In this document: piece after piece, positions 13,500 through 26,689 of the stretch
Position numbering within the stretch: the first letter of the stretch is position 1
How the letters are laid out: every line of letters begins with the position of its first letter
Source: the human T2T-CHM13v2.0 reference genome, Homo sapiens
Assembly (NCBI RefSeq): GCF_009914755.1
Contig: NC_060932.1
DNA: 64,000 nt
Strand: one strand, 5' to 3'
Translations under genes and position numbers: made by a program
Notes under the pieces: generated by a model
What the model was told of the DNA's origin: nothing
Database searches by the model: none
The model's input: the letters and a program-made list of their open reading frames with translations, nothing else

Positions 13500-13890
13500 T
13501 ATTATGGGCAGAATTTTGTCCCTGCAAAATTCATATGTTTAGGTCCTAACCCGTGTACCTCAGGATGTGAATGTATTTGGAGAGATGGACTTTACAGAGG
13601 AAATTTAGGTAAAACGAGGTCATATAGTTAGGCCCTACTCTGATATGACTAGTGTCTCTGTAAGAAGAGGAGGTTGGAGCACAGACACACAGAGAAAAGA
13701 CCACATGAGAACACTGGAGGGCAAGGGTCATCTACGAGCCAAGGAGAGATGCCTTAAAAGAAACCAACCCTGCCTATACCTTGATCTCAGCTTGTTATCA
13801 GGCCTCCAAGGCTGTGAGGAAATAAAGTTCTGTTGACTAAACCCGCCAGTCTGTGATACTTTGTTATGCCTGCCCTAGCAAACTGACACA
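13500..13890 (+). mobile_element. MLT1B-like MaLR solo LTR
   Basis: 'tattatgggcagaattttgtccctgcaaaattcatatgtt...agccaaggagaga...aataaa...tttgttatg..gccctagcaaactgacaca'. Confidence 0.88.
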
Positions 13891-15461
13891 AATAGAATGC
13901 ATATACCTAGTTTTCCTGAAAGAATCTTCACTAAAATGCCTGCTTGATATTTTTTGTTGTGGAAACTGTGGTTATGATTAGGGTAAATGGACTAAGTGTT
14001 TACAAATCCTGGTTTCCTCTTCCATTCCAAATGAGAAACTACTTAATGGCTTTCTTTAGTTAGTAGATAATGGCAACTGAATAAATTAATTGCTTTCCCT
14101 GCCTCTTGCTGCTACTGAAGACCACTGCACCCACTCAAAGGAGAAAAAATTATAATATAGTGATTCATTAGCATTCTTGCCTAAAAATGTCTTAGTAATG
14201 AATTTAGTCTAAGTATTAACATGTATAGGGCTGCGTGTTACAATAGATTCACCTTTTTTTTTTTTGACTGATTGAACACTTGTGAATGCCTGACAGACAC
14301 CAGGTACCAGCAAAAAAAAAATGGGGGAGAGGAGAAAATTATTGTGATACATGAGGTAATAAAATAACTCAGAGAGAAAACATTACATTGAACATATGAT
14401 ATATATTTTATACACTTATGAAACTGTCCATAAAGATACTGAAGTTAGATCACTATATTTGAAAGTGCTATTTAAAACAGTGTAAGGTTTAAAAGAAAAT
14501 TTTACCTTATTTGTTCATAAAACTTATGCCATTTATTTCAGAAAAGAAGTGCATATTACAATGAATTGAAATCAGTGTGTCAGGGAAAATATGAGAATCT
14601 TTTAATTAATTTCATAAAAGATCTGTACTTAACATTGTTAATTGATCTAGTTAACTGACAGCATGTTTATAGTAATTTCAGAATCATTTATGTGGGTAAG
14701 TTTAGCACACAGTCAAGATTTCAATTAAGAACATCTTTAAGAAGCTGCAATTTAGAAATAATAAAATAATGAGGACTGCTAACAGATATGGAACCTTGGT
14801 GAGGAAAATTATTTTGCAAGCTGATTTGCTTGGTGGTGCTGTTAAGGTGGGATTCTAAGCTGGCATTTTGATTATGAAGAAAAATGCACCTGAGAAAAGT
14901 GAGATCTTAAGGAAATTAAAACTCAAGGCTTCTACTGACAAGACAGCTTACAATTTTTTAAGATTAATTGTAACCCCAGCTTACTCATATTTCATTGCAG
15001 AATTCAAAATGTTTCTTTATTTTATTGATTACTTAACAGGCTATCCATGTTTTTCCCTTTTGCTCTGGCCTTTGAAATATGAAGATATGAGAAAACAATC
15101 ATATTTCAAGAGGAAAAAATTTTAATAAATGACTATGTCTTAGAAAATACATATTAAATTATCTACATTTTAAATATATTCCAAGGATTTTAAATGAAAT
15201 ATATGTGCATTTTAATAGCATATGTAATAACTTAATAGTAAGGTTTTAATCATTTCTGATACATTTTTAATTTTTTTAATTGTGAATTAAGAAAGCAAAG
15301 CAAGCTTTTCTTCTCACATACTACCTGTTTGTTTAATTACATATATCTTTGCCAAAAATATGTTGTCAATTTAATAATCATATCAAACACACACATGCAC
15401 ATAAAACATGTAAAGCTATTAAGATTATATAATATTTATTAAGAAACATTATATATAATAA

Positions 15462-15990
<529 letters not shown>

Positions 15991-17547
15991 GGGAAAAAAA
16001 ATGTACATAATCCAACATAGAACTAATTTAGCAACTAATTTATCAATACATGGCATGTATATTTTTATTTCAGATGAGCAAACACATAATTTGAACATTT
16101 CAATGCTTAAAAAATGTAACTACATATATTCTATTGGCTATACTTTTGAAATTCTATTAACGTGTATAATCTCTCACAATTTGATTTCTGTTTTTCTCTG
16201 TACATTGTTCTGACCATAAATATAAACTGGAACCTTTCTATGCTTATCTAAGATATAGATGTGTCTCCATTTCAAACATGGACAAGAAATACGGAAGCTA
16301 AGCTAAGCAGCTTTCTTAATAGTTTAATGACCCAGCTGGACTCTTAACTTGGTTCCAGGTTTTTCTATTCATTTGTATCCAACTGAAAATCATGTCACAT
16401 ATTACCACCAAGCTGGATGTTTGCCTTTGTCTCCAAAACTGGTTTTCTGTCCATGAGAATTTGAGCCTTATCTTCTTTCTCAATTTTTAGAATTACCAAA
16501 TATTGATTTCTGTTACCATGTTTTATTAGACAACTCCTTTTCCAATGTTTCCGTTTATCTAAATCTTTCATGGACTACCTTTGACTTGCTTTATTCACTT
16601 CCAGAAATTATCTGCATTACCTACTGTGAAACCTTTCTTGCACTGAATGCCTCCTTGCCTAGCTCAACTATCACATGCTTGTCAAACCTCCATTAATGCA
16701 ACACTTGGCTCAGTCCCATGCACTATTCAAATTTCTTGATGAGAGCATTACATGGGCAGCTTTTCAAATTAATGATAGTGTACCAGCTGACAGGTACATC
16801 TGCATTATTGACTGAAAGAATGCACATTGTATGGGGGGTTATGATTATCTTTGCTAATTTGAAGATTATAAGGGGGAAATCATGGGCTTTATTTGTTTAC
16901 CATGGTCACAATGCAAACATTCTTATCAAGTGGAGACAGATGAATATTAAAATAAACCTGGTTTAAAATAATAAATTAAGTTAAATTAACCATGAAATAT
17001 AAACCTATCAGAAATTTAACACCCTATCAAATGATTACTTAAGGTAAGGCTCATTGAATATTGTTTTCTTCTTTGTGCAGATTAATTTTACTGACCATAT
17101 CAACAAGATGTTGTTTCATTTCTAATCATCTCAGATGTACAGCTTTCTAGGCATTTGGTATGGTCAATTTGCTTACTTTGCTTACTTTGATCATTTTAAT
17201 TAGATAATTATACTACAGTCAATACCAAAATGTTATCAACAGAGAATTTGTGAAATAAAATTTCAAAACAAATACACTTTATCATCCCTGGAAAAATATC
17301 ATCAAATGCTCATGAAAATCTTGCAAAGGCTTTTTTGTTAATAGTTTGTGACTTGCACAAACAGAATTAACTGAAGAGTTCAATGTTTTTCTAGCATATT
17401 CAATAAATGAGAACAATCAGGTCAATTGCAGACACAGCTAGTTTTTCTTCAGTATTAACGAGGTTTTCTGGCTTCCTTTGGTAAATTGCCTTAGTACTAC
17501 TGCTAATTTTACCATGTTTGTATTCATGCTTTTTAAAAAGAGTCCTA

Positions 17548-18238
17548 TATAAGGAAAATAAAAATTTAAAATAATAGGTTTAATTCTCCTTGAAAAATAG
17601 GGAAGATACATCCTCCTTCCATTTTAGAACATATACTTTAGAAAACTTGTGATTGTTAATTCTTTCTCTGTCTCTTTGAAATGTATGTAAGTCTTTTAGA
17701 AACTCAAGGCTTTTGCCAGCTTTCACATCCATGAATGCCTTTCTCAAAAACTTGGGAACCATCTTTTTATAATGTAATCATCGTAACTCATAACGGTAAT
17801 GCCCCAATCTCCCATTTTCTCTGAGAGGGCAGGGGCCTAACTGGTGCCTCCCTCTAAATTGTAAAACTACCTCTTGTCTTAAAGATATGAGGAGTTTATT
17901 TTTCCTTTGTATAAAGTCAATTAGCTAACACAGATGGCCACTCCAATTACCAAGTAAATTTAGGGTAAACTGCTGTAACAAATGGTGCTGTCAAGTCCTC
18001 TTATTTGAGGACTAGTTGTTTACCTTAGACACATGTACAGAATGAGTTGTGTCTGCTTGGTTATATAAAAGAGTAAGATTTTTTTTTCTGTCTTTGCAAA
18101 CTTTTAGCAGATTATCTGTGATGGACAACATAATCTGTTTTAGGGCTTTATTCAATAATAAAATGCTTTCATTCACTTCTACTTTTGTGGAGGTTTTCCA
18201 GGTTGGGAGAGTTTGTTTTTAATTATGATTTCCCAAGA
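17548..18238 (+). mobile_element. ERV1 (MER4-group) solo LTR, family uncertain (MER87-like)
   Basis: About 690 bp; 'ttctctgtctctttgaaatgtatgtaa', TATA 'tatataaaag' near 18062, 'aataataaaa' near 18155, end 'tttcccaaga'. Confidence 0.65.
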
Positions 18239-19089
18239 AATGAAACTACTACATTATTTTTAACATTTGCAAACAAAAGAAATTAATAGAGTGTAACAAG
18301 CAGAAAACCCTTAATTTAACCAGTGAAATAAAATGGTAATAGATTTTTAAACGATGATACTATAACTTACATCAAGATATATGCAACTGTCTATTTCATG
18401 TTTTGAAGTATCAGAACTTCAAAGAATAAAAACCCATGGATAGACTTATTTTTTAAAATTGCTTTAAAGTATTGCCTGTCATTGTTTCCTTAGTTCTTTT
18501 ATTCTTGTGAATTCAGCATGGTGTTTAGGTTTTATAATATTTTTCCAAAATATTCAGTTGCATTGATTTCAGAAAACAATCCTTGACTGTAAGCTCATAA
18601 TTTGAGTGCCTCCCAATTAGAGCTTGTTTGTTTTATAATACAAAGCTTAGATTTTCAAATATACAAGTTTATTGAGAATGGGAGGATGGAGAAATCTGCC
18701 ATATTTCTAGATAAGTATTTGAATTTCTCATGCATTTCTACATTAGTATCTCAAAATTCTCTTTTTTAGTATTTCAAAATTCCTTTTTAGCACAGATTTA
18801 TATAATAACAAGTTGGCATTGCTGGAAAGGTTTACATTAAATCTACGTCGTATGAAATACTTAAAATGTTATACACAACCATGTCTTTTAAATCTTTTTA
18901 AATTCTGTCATATCCACATATGTAGTATATATTTATCTACAGTTAAAATGTCATTTAGCAAACATTTATGACAACCTATATATACTGAGCAAAAGAAAGT
19001 ACATTGTTTCCTGATTTTAATATTAGATTTTACTTAACACATTATGTGCATTTACTGTGTTAAAACTATCCTTTTAAAATGTCATGGTA

Positions 19090-19158
19090 GTGAGCCGAGA
19101 TCAGGCCGCTGCACTCCAGCCTGAGTAACAGAGCAAGACTCCATCTCAAAAAAAAAAA
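19090..19158 (+). mobile_element. Severely 5'-truncated Alu (last ~58 nt plus poly-A)
   Basis: 'gtgagccgagatcaggccgctgcactccagcctg...ccatctc' plus A-tail; TSD aaaatgtcatggta / aaaaaggcatggta. Confidence 0.9.
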
Positions 19159-19339
19159 AAAAAGGCATGGTAATGATAGCACATGTCTCCCTTTATGGCA
19201 ATTAAATTCTTACAGTGTGGGCCATTTTGTGTGTTTCCAAATTCTTGTTTTTACTATCACTGTAATAGACAAACTTAAATATACATTAGAGCAACAGACA
19301 TCACAGAACTCAAAGCTCATGGACCTCAAATTTCTCTAT

Positions 19340-19512
19340 TGGGTATTCTTCAAAAAATTACTTTACACATCTGTGACTCAGCCTCTTCAACTGTGAAATG
19401 GAAAGAGTAAGACTAACCTACCTCACTACTTTGTTTGTAACATTAAATGAGATGATATTCACAATGCAAGTAGTAAAATCCCTGGAAATTAAGTGTGAAT
19501 AAATGTCAGGTG
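19340..19512 (+). mobile_element. MIR
   Basis: 'ctgtgactcagcctcttcaactgtgaaatgg...cctacctca...attaaatgagatgata'. Confidence 0.8.
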
Positions 19513-21377
19513 CTTTAGTTGTCACAGGTGTCAGCAGTAGAGAATATAAGTTAAATACACCTGGCTCTAAATATGCCCTTGGAATGTCACATGCTGCACA
19601 GATGCATGAAGAGATTATTATAACATATCTTATGAAGTGAAATAATAGGAAAGTATACAGACTAGCATCTGAAGATATGGGGAAGAGCTTCTGCTAATTA
19701 CAAGAGTCAAAGTCAAAGCTTTCAGATGGAGGTAACCCCTCTGAGTCTTAGAAGATGAATAAGAAGCCCAATAGGAAGATCTGAGGAAACAAGCAAAATA
19801 TCAACATGAAGAAATAAGTCATCCCCTTTTTAGGGAGAGCTGTTAGTGATGCTGAAAAAATAAAATAAGAATCAGAATTTGAAGAATGTATCTAATTATC
19901 ACATATACAGAGCAATGAACTCATACTCATGCATTTTCCTAATTATACACCTAATAACACCCAACCTGAGCTCAAGTAGCAAAGTTAACTATCCTGCCAT
20001 CCTCCTACGATACGTCGTGTGCTGACTGACCGTGTTATTGAAACAATAGAAGAAAGAGATAAGGAATCATACTCTCTTCCAGAATTATGTCTACTTCTTT
20101 GGAGGACCAGCTGGAGAAAGAAAAATAAGACTGTCATTGCCCACCAGACTAGTTTATTTGTCTAGATCTGTGAAGTTGTTTTTAGACAAAGAGGAATTTC
20201 AGTAGTGGGGAATCGCCAACTTTGTCTATAGAAATAAATTCTCTTTCACTGACACTCTCTGACTCCATAAATTCATCTAACCCTAAGAAATGTGTTTAAT
20301 TATCAACCCTGACACTAGGCCCCTCAATTACACACACACACTTACATCTCTCAATCATTTGTTCCAGTTTATTGCAACTAAAATGAGAGTTCAGAGAGCA
20401 GGTGATGACACTGTAATTTCTGTTTAGATGACAAGGCTGGAGTGAGAAGACCACTTTATGCATTGTGAATGCTGCATTCATTCAATGTGGCATAAAGCAA
20501 AATACTGAAAAAGAATCAGATGTATTTTTCTGTGCTGTGTCAAAAAATACACTTTACACCGGAGGCTAAGTGACATATTCTAATAGTGGAACAAGAGGTA
20601 TTAGTATTAAGTGTGAATCAGAAGTTCAGAATGAATTTTTTAAAAATAGAATCTCACATTTAAGGATGTCGTGTGCTGAAGCTGTCCTTTACTTACTGTT
20701 TAGCCCATGAAGACAGCAGTGGAAACGGGTCATACTGGGGAGCTGGATAGGTTAGAGGTATCAATCATAACAACTGAATAGAAGTAATAATAAAATATCA
20801 CAAAATAAACAAATTTTAATCATACCATATAATGTAAAGTATGTAATAAGATTCTAATATTACAAAATATTAAATACTATCCCAGAAAGGGTGCTAGAAG
20901 TAATGAGTAGACATCCAGGTTTGATGACTTATTGAAAGAGATGCTCATAAGGCTTACAGGAAAGAGAGAAATGATACTCCAATGGAAAGAAGAAATGGCT
21001 TTCTGGCAGGCACTGCGAAAAACCAACAGGGGCACAAGGGAGACTTTGTCAATCATTTATTCATTCTTTCATTCACTCATTTAATAAGTGATTTTGGCAT
21101 TCTTGATAATATAATTCTTATTAATATAATTCTATGCTACTAGTGCTTGCAAGAAAAATTGGTGGACTATAACTGAAAACTGGATTAGAATAAGGCATCA
21201 TACCAATAAACAGGGCTACATGTTCTTGACATCCTTTATCCAAGCATTTCAGGACAACAAGGAAATGTAGAGATTATATATATGTAAATATCATTGGGGA
21301 AATCATTTTATATATAGGATTGTCCTTCTGTCCCATTAATATTTGTGTATCTCAATATTGATTCAGTTTGTATAACA

Positions 21378-22055
21378 TTTAAGAGCTTGGGCATTAGAGT
21401 CGTGTCTCTGAAATTTAACATAAGCTCACTTTATCAAGTGTAGGATTGGACTCTACTTGATATTTCAGTATAGATAGTCAATCTGATCTTCATCTTCACT
21501 CATATGCATCTTCTACTAATCTCTTCTTAATGAATAGAATCCTTGTTCAACAAGTGGTACACTATACCATTCTGATTCCCATTCTACGCAATATAGTTTC
21601 ACTAACTTTTCTTTTGATTTTCAATGGGCCAGACTAGAACATTCCTGACTTTGGAAGGCGATACTTGAAGACAGTTGGAACCTATACTTTGTGGTTTAAT
21701 AGTTATTTGGTCTTAAGCAAGTCACTTAAAATCCAGATACTTTAGGTTTCTGATCTGTATAAGGTTTACAATATTACTCTCCCATTAATTTATTGTGAAG
21801 GTTAGCTAAGGGAAGTTTCTCAAGCTTTAGTGGGCATCAGAGTCACCTGCTCCTTAAAACAGAAATTCCTGGCCTGATCCCAAGAATTCATAATTCTGGA
21901 TTTGAGCATAAAAATTTGCATTTCCAACAAGTTCTAAGGTGATACTAATGCTGCTAATTTGGAGCCCACTCTGTGGACATTGAGCTAAGGATAAAGCATT
22001 TAAGGAATTCTGACTAATCCCTACAAGACAGTAAGCACTCAAAGATTGTCAGTTT
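21378..22055 (+). mobile_element. MIR broken into three pieces (about 21378-21440, 21705-21811, 21991-22055)
   Basis: 'aagagcttgggcattagagtc', 'tcttaagcaagtcacttaa', 'cagtaagcactcaaagattgtcag' occur in MIR order. Confidence 0.65.
21812..21982. mobile_element. MER5A (hAT MITE)
   Basis: 'tttctcaagctttagtgggcatcagagtcacctg...aatttgcatttccaacaagttctaaggtgatactaatgctgct'; perfect 8-bp TSD agctaagg (21804-21811 / 21983-21990). Confidence 0.88.
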
Positions 22056-22432
22056 TTTTTTTTTGTTTGTTTGTTCCTACCTTTCCAATTTCAGGTTAAA
22101 TATCAGTTCAACAAGTAGTCTTGTTATAAATCAAACCAGATCAGTCTTCCTTCCACAAGTCCTTATTGCATTTTTGCATTTTAATACTATTTTATATAGT
22201 TTTCAAGGTTTTTAATAATTAGATGTAAATTATATATAATTTCTTATTTTATCAGTGAATTATTTCCTATCTCACATGTTTCATAATGAAAAAGATATTG
22301 GTGTTTGCTTATAATTGTAAGTAAAAAATTAGACACTCTTGTTCCCTGGTTTTAACCTTCCTGTAAATTGATGCAAAACTTATAGTTAGATGCCTATGTC
22401 CATATTCACTGAGAAGTGAGATGAGGAGGGTG

Positions 22433-22476
22433 ACTTGGTATTCGAAGGCCAAATACTTGGTATTTGAAGGCCAAAT
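22433..22476. repeat. 22-bp tandem duplication
   Basis: acttggtattcgaaggccaaat followed by acttggtatttgaaggccaaat. Confidence 0.95.
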
Positions 22477-23685
22477 TATGAATAAATACCATAAATCTTG
22501 GGGAGATTTGGAAGAGGATTCAATATGTATTCCAAAGTTCTAAGTATATTTGGAAAATTTTGCTCCTCTAAACCCCAATTTAGGGATTCTGAGTATACAT
22601 CAGCATATTTTCTCACAAATAATTCCTGAGTAAAAAAATTGCTTATTAGAATTATATTTTATACTTTTATATATTATATTATTGTCAAATCCTTCTTTTG
22701 AGGGAAACAATATCTTGTTTAGAAACTCTAAAATCTTAGCAAATATAATTAAGAAAATATTACTTTGATTGCTTGTCCACATCTTCCTTTTCACCAATAT
22801 CACATTATCATAAACACAACTGATTTTGTATAATTGGCTTACAAGTGCAGAATTATTAGACTCTCATGATTTGTCAATATTTTTTTCCATTTCTGACATT
22901 TTCTAAGTTGATATCATCTACTCTCTTAAAAAGAGCTTTATTCCTTTGCAGCCACACAATTACTGTTTTATCCAAAGGTAATGAATTAATTATTTTTTCT
23001 GTTGTTGATCAGTTTTCAAGAACTATATTGAATAATACTCGAAATAATAATAATATATTTTACAAAAAATAATCTTTATAAGTTGGTTTTTCTTACTCTG
23101 TGAAGTCTTGTATTGGCTGTCAAATGTTTTGAGCTAGAGGTTTCATATCTTTTTTTTGGAATACAAATTTTTGTATTCCATATATATAGACATATATCCT
23201 TTTTTATTTTGAGAAAAATAGTTAATATAGACAAATTTACATATCACACTCTTATTGAGGTTTCTCTCATATATACAGATGCATTATTTTATAAATGTCG
23301 ATGATGAACCATGAGCCAGAAAGGCCTATGTACTAATGAGTTTAGATTCAATGAAATTATTAGGAACAGGTCAGGTGATTTGGAAGAAATCAAAGGAGAA
23401 CTAAAAAATTTGTGTAGAGTTGACCACTTCTCTACATAGATGTATGTATTTGTGTCTATAATGCAATCTGCATCCTGGAATGAAAATTAATTCTCATTGG
23501 AGAGGGACTGAATGATCCTTGCTCCCAAGTGTGAAAACAACGTATTTTTTTCTAAAAAGTTATTTTTATTAATGTTGTTAGATCTCCAGTGAACAGTTGC
23601 ATACATTAAAAATGACAACTTCTGCTCTAATGTTAATGGTTAGGTTTCATCTCTAACATCAAGATGCTTAGAAATCATCAGCCTC

Positions 23686-23934
23686 AGTGGATCACAAGGT
23701 CAGGAATTCAAGACCAGCCTGGACAATATGGTGAAATCCCATCTCTACTAAAAATACAAAAATTAGCCAGGCATGGTGGTGCACCTGGAGTCGCAGCTAC
23801 TCAGGAGGCTGAGGCAGAGAATTGCTTGAACATGGGCAGTGGAGGTTGCAGTGAGCCAAGATGGTGCCACTGCACTCCAGCCTCGGTGACAGAGCAAGAC
23901 TCTGTGTCCAAAAGAAAAAAAAAGAAAAAAAAAA
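23686..23934 (+). mobile_element. 5'-truncated AluS (Sg-like)
   Basis: Begins at 'gtggatcacaaggtcagg'; TSD agaaatcatcagcctc (23670-23685) / agaaatcatctgcctc (23935-23950). Confidence 0.93.
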
Positions 23935-24094
23935 AGAAATCATCTGCCTCCTTCTTACAACATGTAAACACTGAGGAAACTTAACATCAAGGAATCTTCA
24001 TGTCCTCCTCAGAGAAGTGAGTTTGCAAAGCAGACTGCTACTGTAAAGTCTGGAAAGACAGGCTAATCCAGTGAGTCACCACCAAAATCCAAGA

Positions 24095-24332
24095 TAGAGA
24101 CCCACTAAAAGATGAAGATCTAATAATATGATTACAGAACACTTCCTTTCCCACACACGTTACACTACCACCAAAAGGGTTCTAATATAAAAATAGTGGA
24201 TTACAGCTGAAAAAGCTGCAAAACAGACTCCCTGAGATTATGTGGAAAAGCCCAAAGTTAAGAGGGGATGCATGAACAAGAACAATACAAAATTTTGAAG
24301 TCTCTGGCACCTAAAGCTGTAGCAGACATTAG
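24095..24332 (+). mobile_element. L1M 5'-region fragment (L1MC/MD-type)
   Basis: Diverged but colinear with 45293-45532 in this window ('cccactaaaag...agat.taat.atga...cagct...aaattt gaa...acatta'). Confidence 0.65.
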
Positions 24333-26040
24333 ATAGAAACAAAATTATACAAAAACGTAGATCACAAACATAAACACAAGACTAAAACCTAAAACTTCCA
24401 GAATAAAACTGTGATATTTTTGTTAGGCAAATATTTTCTTAAATATGGTCTGAAAATCATAACTACAAAGAAAATTACTAAACTGCATTTTATCAAAGTT
24501 TAAACCTTTCGTTTGCTAGTTACACATTTTAAGAATTCAAAAGCCAGATCCTAGATTGTTACGTTTTTGAAATCTGTATTTAACAAAGGGCCTCTATCTA
24601 GAATATGATGCTTGTAAAACTATAACAAGACAGACACATAAAAAATGAGTAAACATTTTGAGTCAATGTATACCAACGGCCAACAGGCTCATAAAAAGTT
24701 GCTAAACATCTTTGGTCATTTGAGAAATGCAAATTAAAACTACAGTGTGTTATCACCGCATATCCAATAGAATATATACAAATGCTAACTGTTGAGCATA
24801 TGGAGTATCTAAGACCCTCTTACACTACTAGTATGATTACAAAATTGTTTACCCTCTTTGGAAACAGCTTTCCAATTCCTTAAAAAGTTATGCATACATT
24901 TACCATATGATGAAGTCATGCCATTTCTGTTAATTTACCTAAAAAGAGAAAAAAGGATATATCCACAAAAAGATTTTTATGTGAATGTATATGTCAATAC
25001 TACTCTGGATAGCCAAGTAGTATAAAGAACTCAATTGTACATCAGCTTGGGGGAAAATAAAATATGGTATATCCCATGCAAAGTAATACAATAAAAAATG
25101 AACAAAGTAATAACGTGTCAAACAACAGAGATAAATCCCAGTATTGTCATGCTATGTAAAAGAAGCCAGAGACAAAACACTATACAAAATTTTAGTTCTA
25201 TGAAATTGTAGAAAAGGCACAACGAAAGCAGCAGAAAGCAGATCAGTAGTGTCCTTGGTCATAGGTTAAGGGTAGAGAACAACTGCAAAAAGGCACAAGG
25301 AAATACCTTGGTTTGGTAGAAATATTCTAAAATCTATCTGTGCTTGTTGTGAAAAGGAAAAAGCAGCCCCTAAAATCCAGGAGCTGGTCTGGTTGCTATC
25401 AGCTGGGAATTGGTGTTGTTATGAGCTGGCTTGGCATAGAAAGCTAGTTCTTATTGTATTTCTGTTGAAGATAAGAATTTTTAACAGACCATTAACTTGA
25501 AATAAGATCCCTTTGTGACGATAATGGATCAAGACAAAAACAAGACCACTCTGTAATCATATCTGAACATGTACAAAATATTAACACGTTGAAGACACAA
25601 AAATAACTAAACATTTCCCTGCCTTGACTAATAGGAGTGACTGCTCAATGATATCCTTATCCTCATTCCTTTTGTTCCTCCAGTCAAATATTTCCTTCTG
25701 TTATTTAAGGTTAAACATGCGCAAGAATAAAACTACCTCTGCTTCCTGACAGCATCCAATCCAGAACAAAGCCTTGTTTTTTTAAAATCTACACAAAGTA
25801 ACCTAGTGCAAACCAACTTCTATAAGAGCTTTTTAATAGTCTGCTACCCAGACACCTCGTAAATCCCCATAGGGTGTAAAATCCAACTTGTTCAACTATA
25901 GGTACATTCCTGGTGGTCTTTGCCTGGAGGTATTGACAGTTGCTCCTTTACAAACTTTCACCAAAACTCAGCTGACTATAATCTTTACAATCAAAATTTA
26001 AAGTACATAAAGTAGCTTAAGATAGCTTCAAAAAAGCAAA
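24333..26040 (+). mobile_element. Old L1 (L1MB/MC/ME) ORF2 end and 3' UTR, interrupted by MER67
   Basis: 'gagaaatgcaaattaaaactacagtg', 'aaaagaagccagagacaaaa', 'gaaagcagatcagtagt', 'tagaaatattcta'; resumes after 25942. Confidence 0.8.
25350..25938 (+). mobile_element. MER67 (C/D-like) ERV1 solo LTR
   Basis: 'aaaaagcagcccctaaaatccaggagctgg', 'atggatcaagacaaaaacaagaccactc', end 'cctggtggtctttgcctggaggtattgaca'; 4-bp TSD gttg/gttg. Confidence 0.85.
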
Positions 26041-26215
26041 TCGACTCATGTCCTTTGAATTAATAGCCAAGGACTCCAAGAAATTTTTTGACGGCACAGT
26101 CAACTTCTTAAAATATAGAGCGTAATTGGTATTTGGTTCCCATTAATTTAGCCTACTGTTAGAGGATTCCTGCACTTTGTCCCTGTGCTCTCCTATATCC
26201 CAGTGATAATGCAAT

Positions 26216-26542
26216 TGAGACAGCCAGCTGGGAGGGGGTCCCTGGCAAAACTCCAACCAGCCTGTGTGCTGGGGTGGAGCCTTGGAAAATTTATGCCCTT
26301 TGTGGCTGGGAGGAGCCTGGCCCCTCCTCTTCCTGTGTGAAACCAGGAATTCATATAGTGAGGAAGGAAGTGCTCTAGCAGGGATTCTGGCCTTGCTGAC
26401 AGTCCCTGTTTCTTCCGTTTCTTACTTTTCACCCAATAAAACCCTGTATTACTCACCATTCAAATTGTCTGTGAGCCTGAATTTTCGTGGCTGTTGGACA
26501 AGGACCTCGTCTTTAGCAGAACTAAGGAAAAGTCCTGTAACA
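26216..26542 (+). mobile_element. MER61 (A/B-like) ERV1 solo LTR
   Basis: 'tgagacagccagctgggagggggtccctgg...aataaa...gaactaaggaaaagtcctgtaaca'; TG...CA ends; TSD caat/cagt. Confidence 0.88.
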
Positions 26543-26689
26543 CAGTTTAATTTTAAAAATATGTCTATAATCTGTCTTCTGCTCTTCGATCATTCTATTC
26601 AGTCTTTTTCACTTTCCCCTTATTTGTTCTTCCTTCACATGGGTTTGGTTTGTTGAATTCCATCTCCCTAAATAACACAATATAACATG

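Noticed and set aside
24095-24332. Similarity to 45293-45532 suggesting a local segmental duplication
   Set aside because: The match is diverged and confined to an L1M 5' region, so independent copies of one family explain it.
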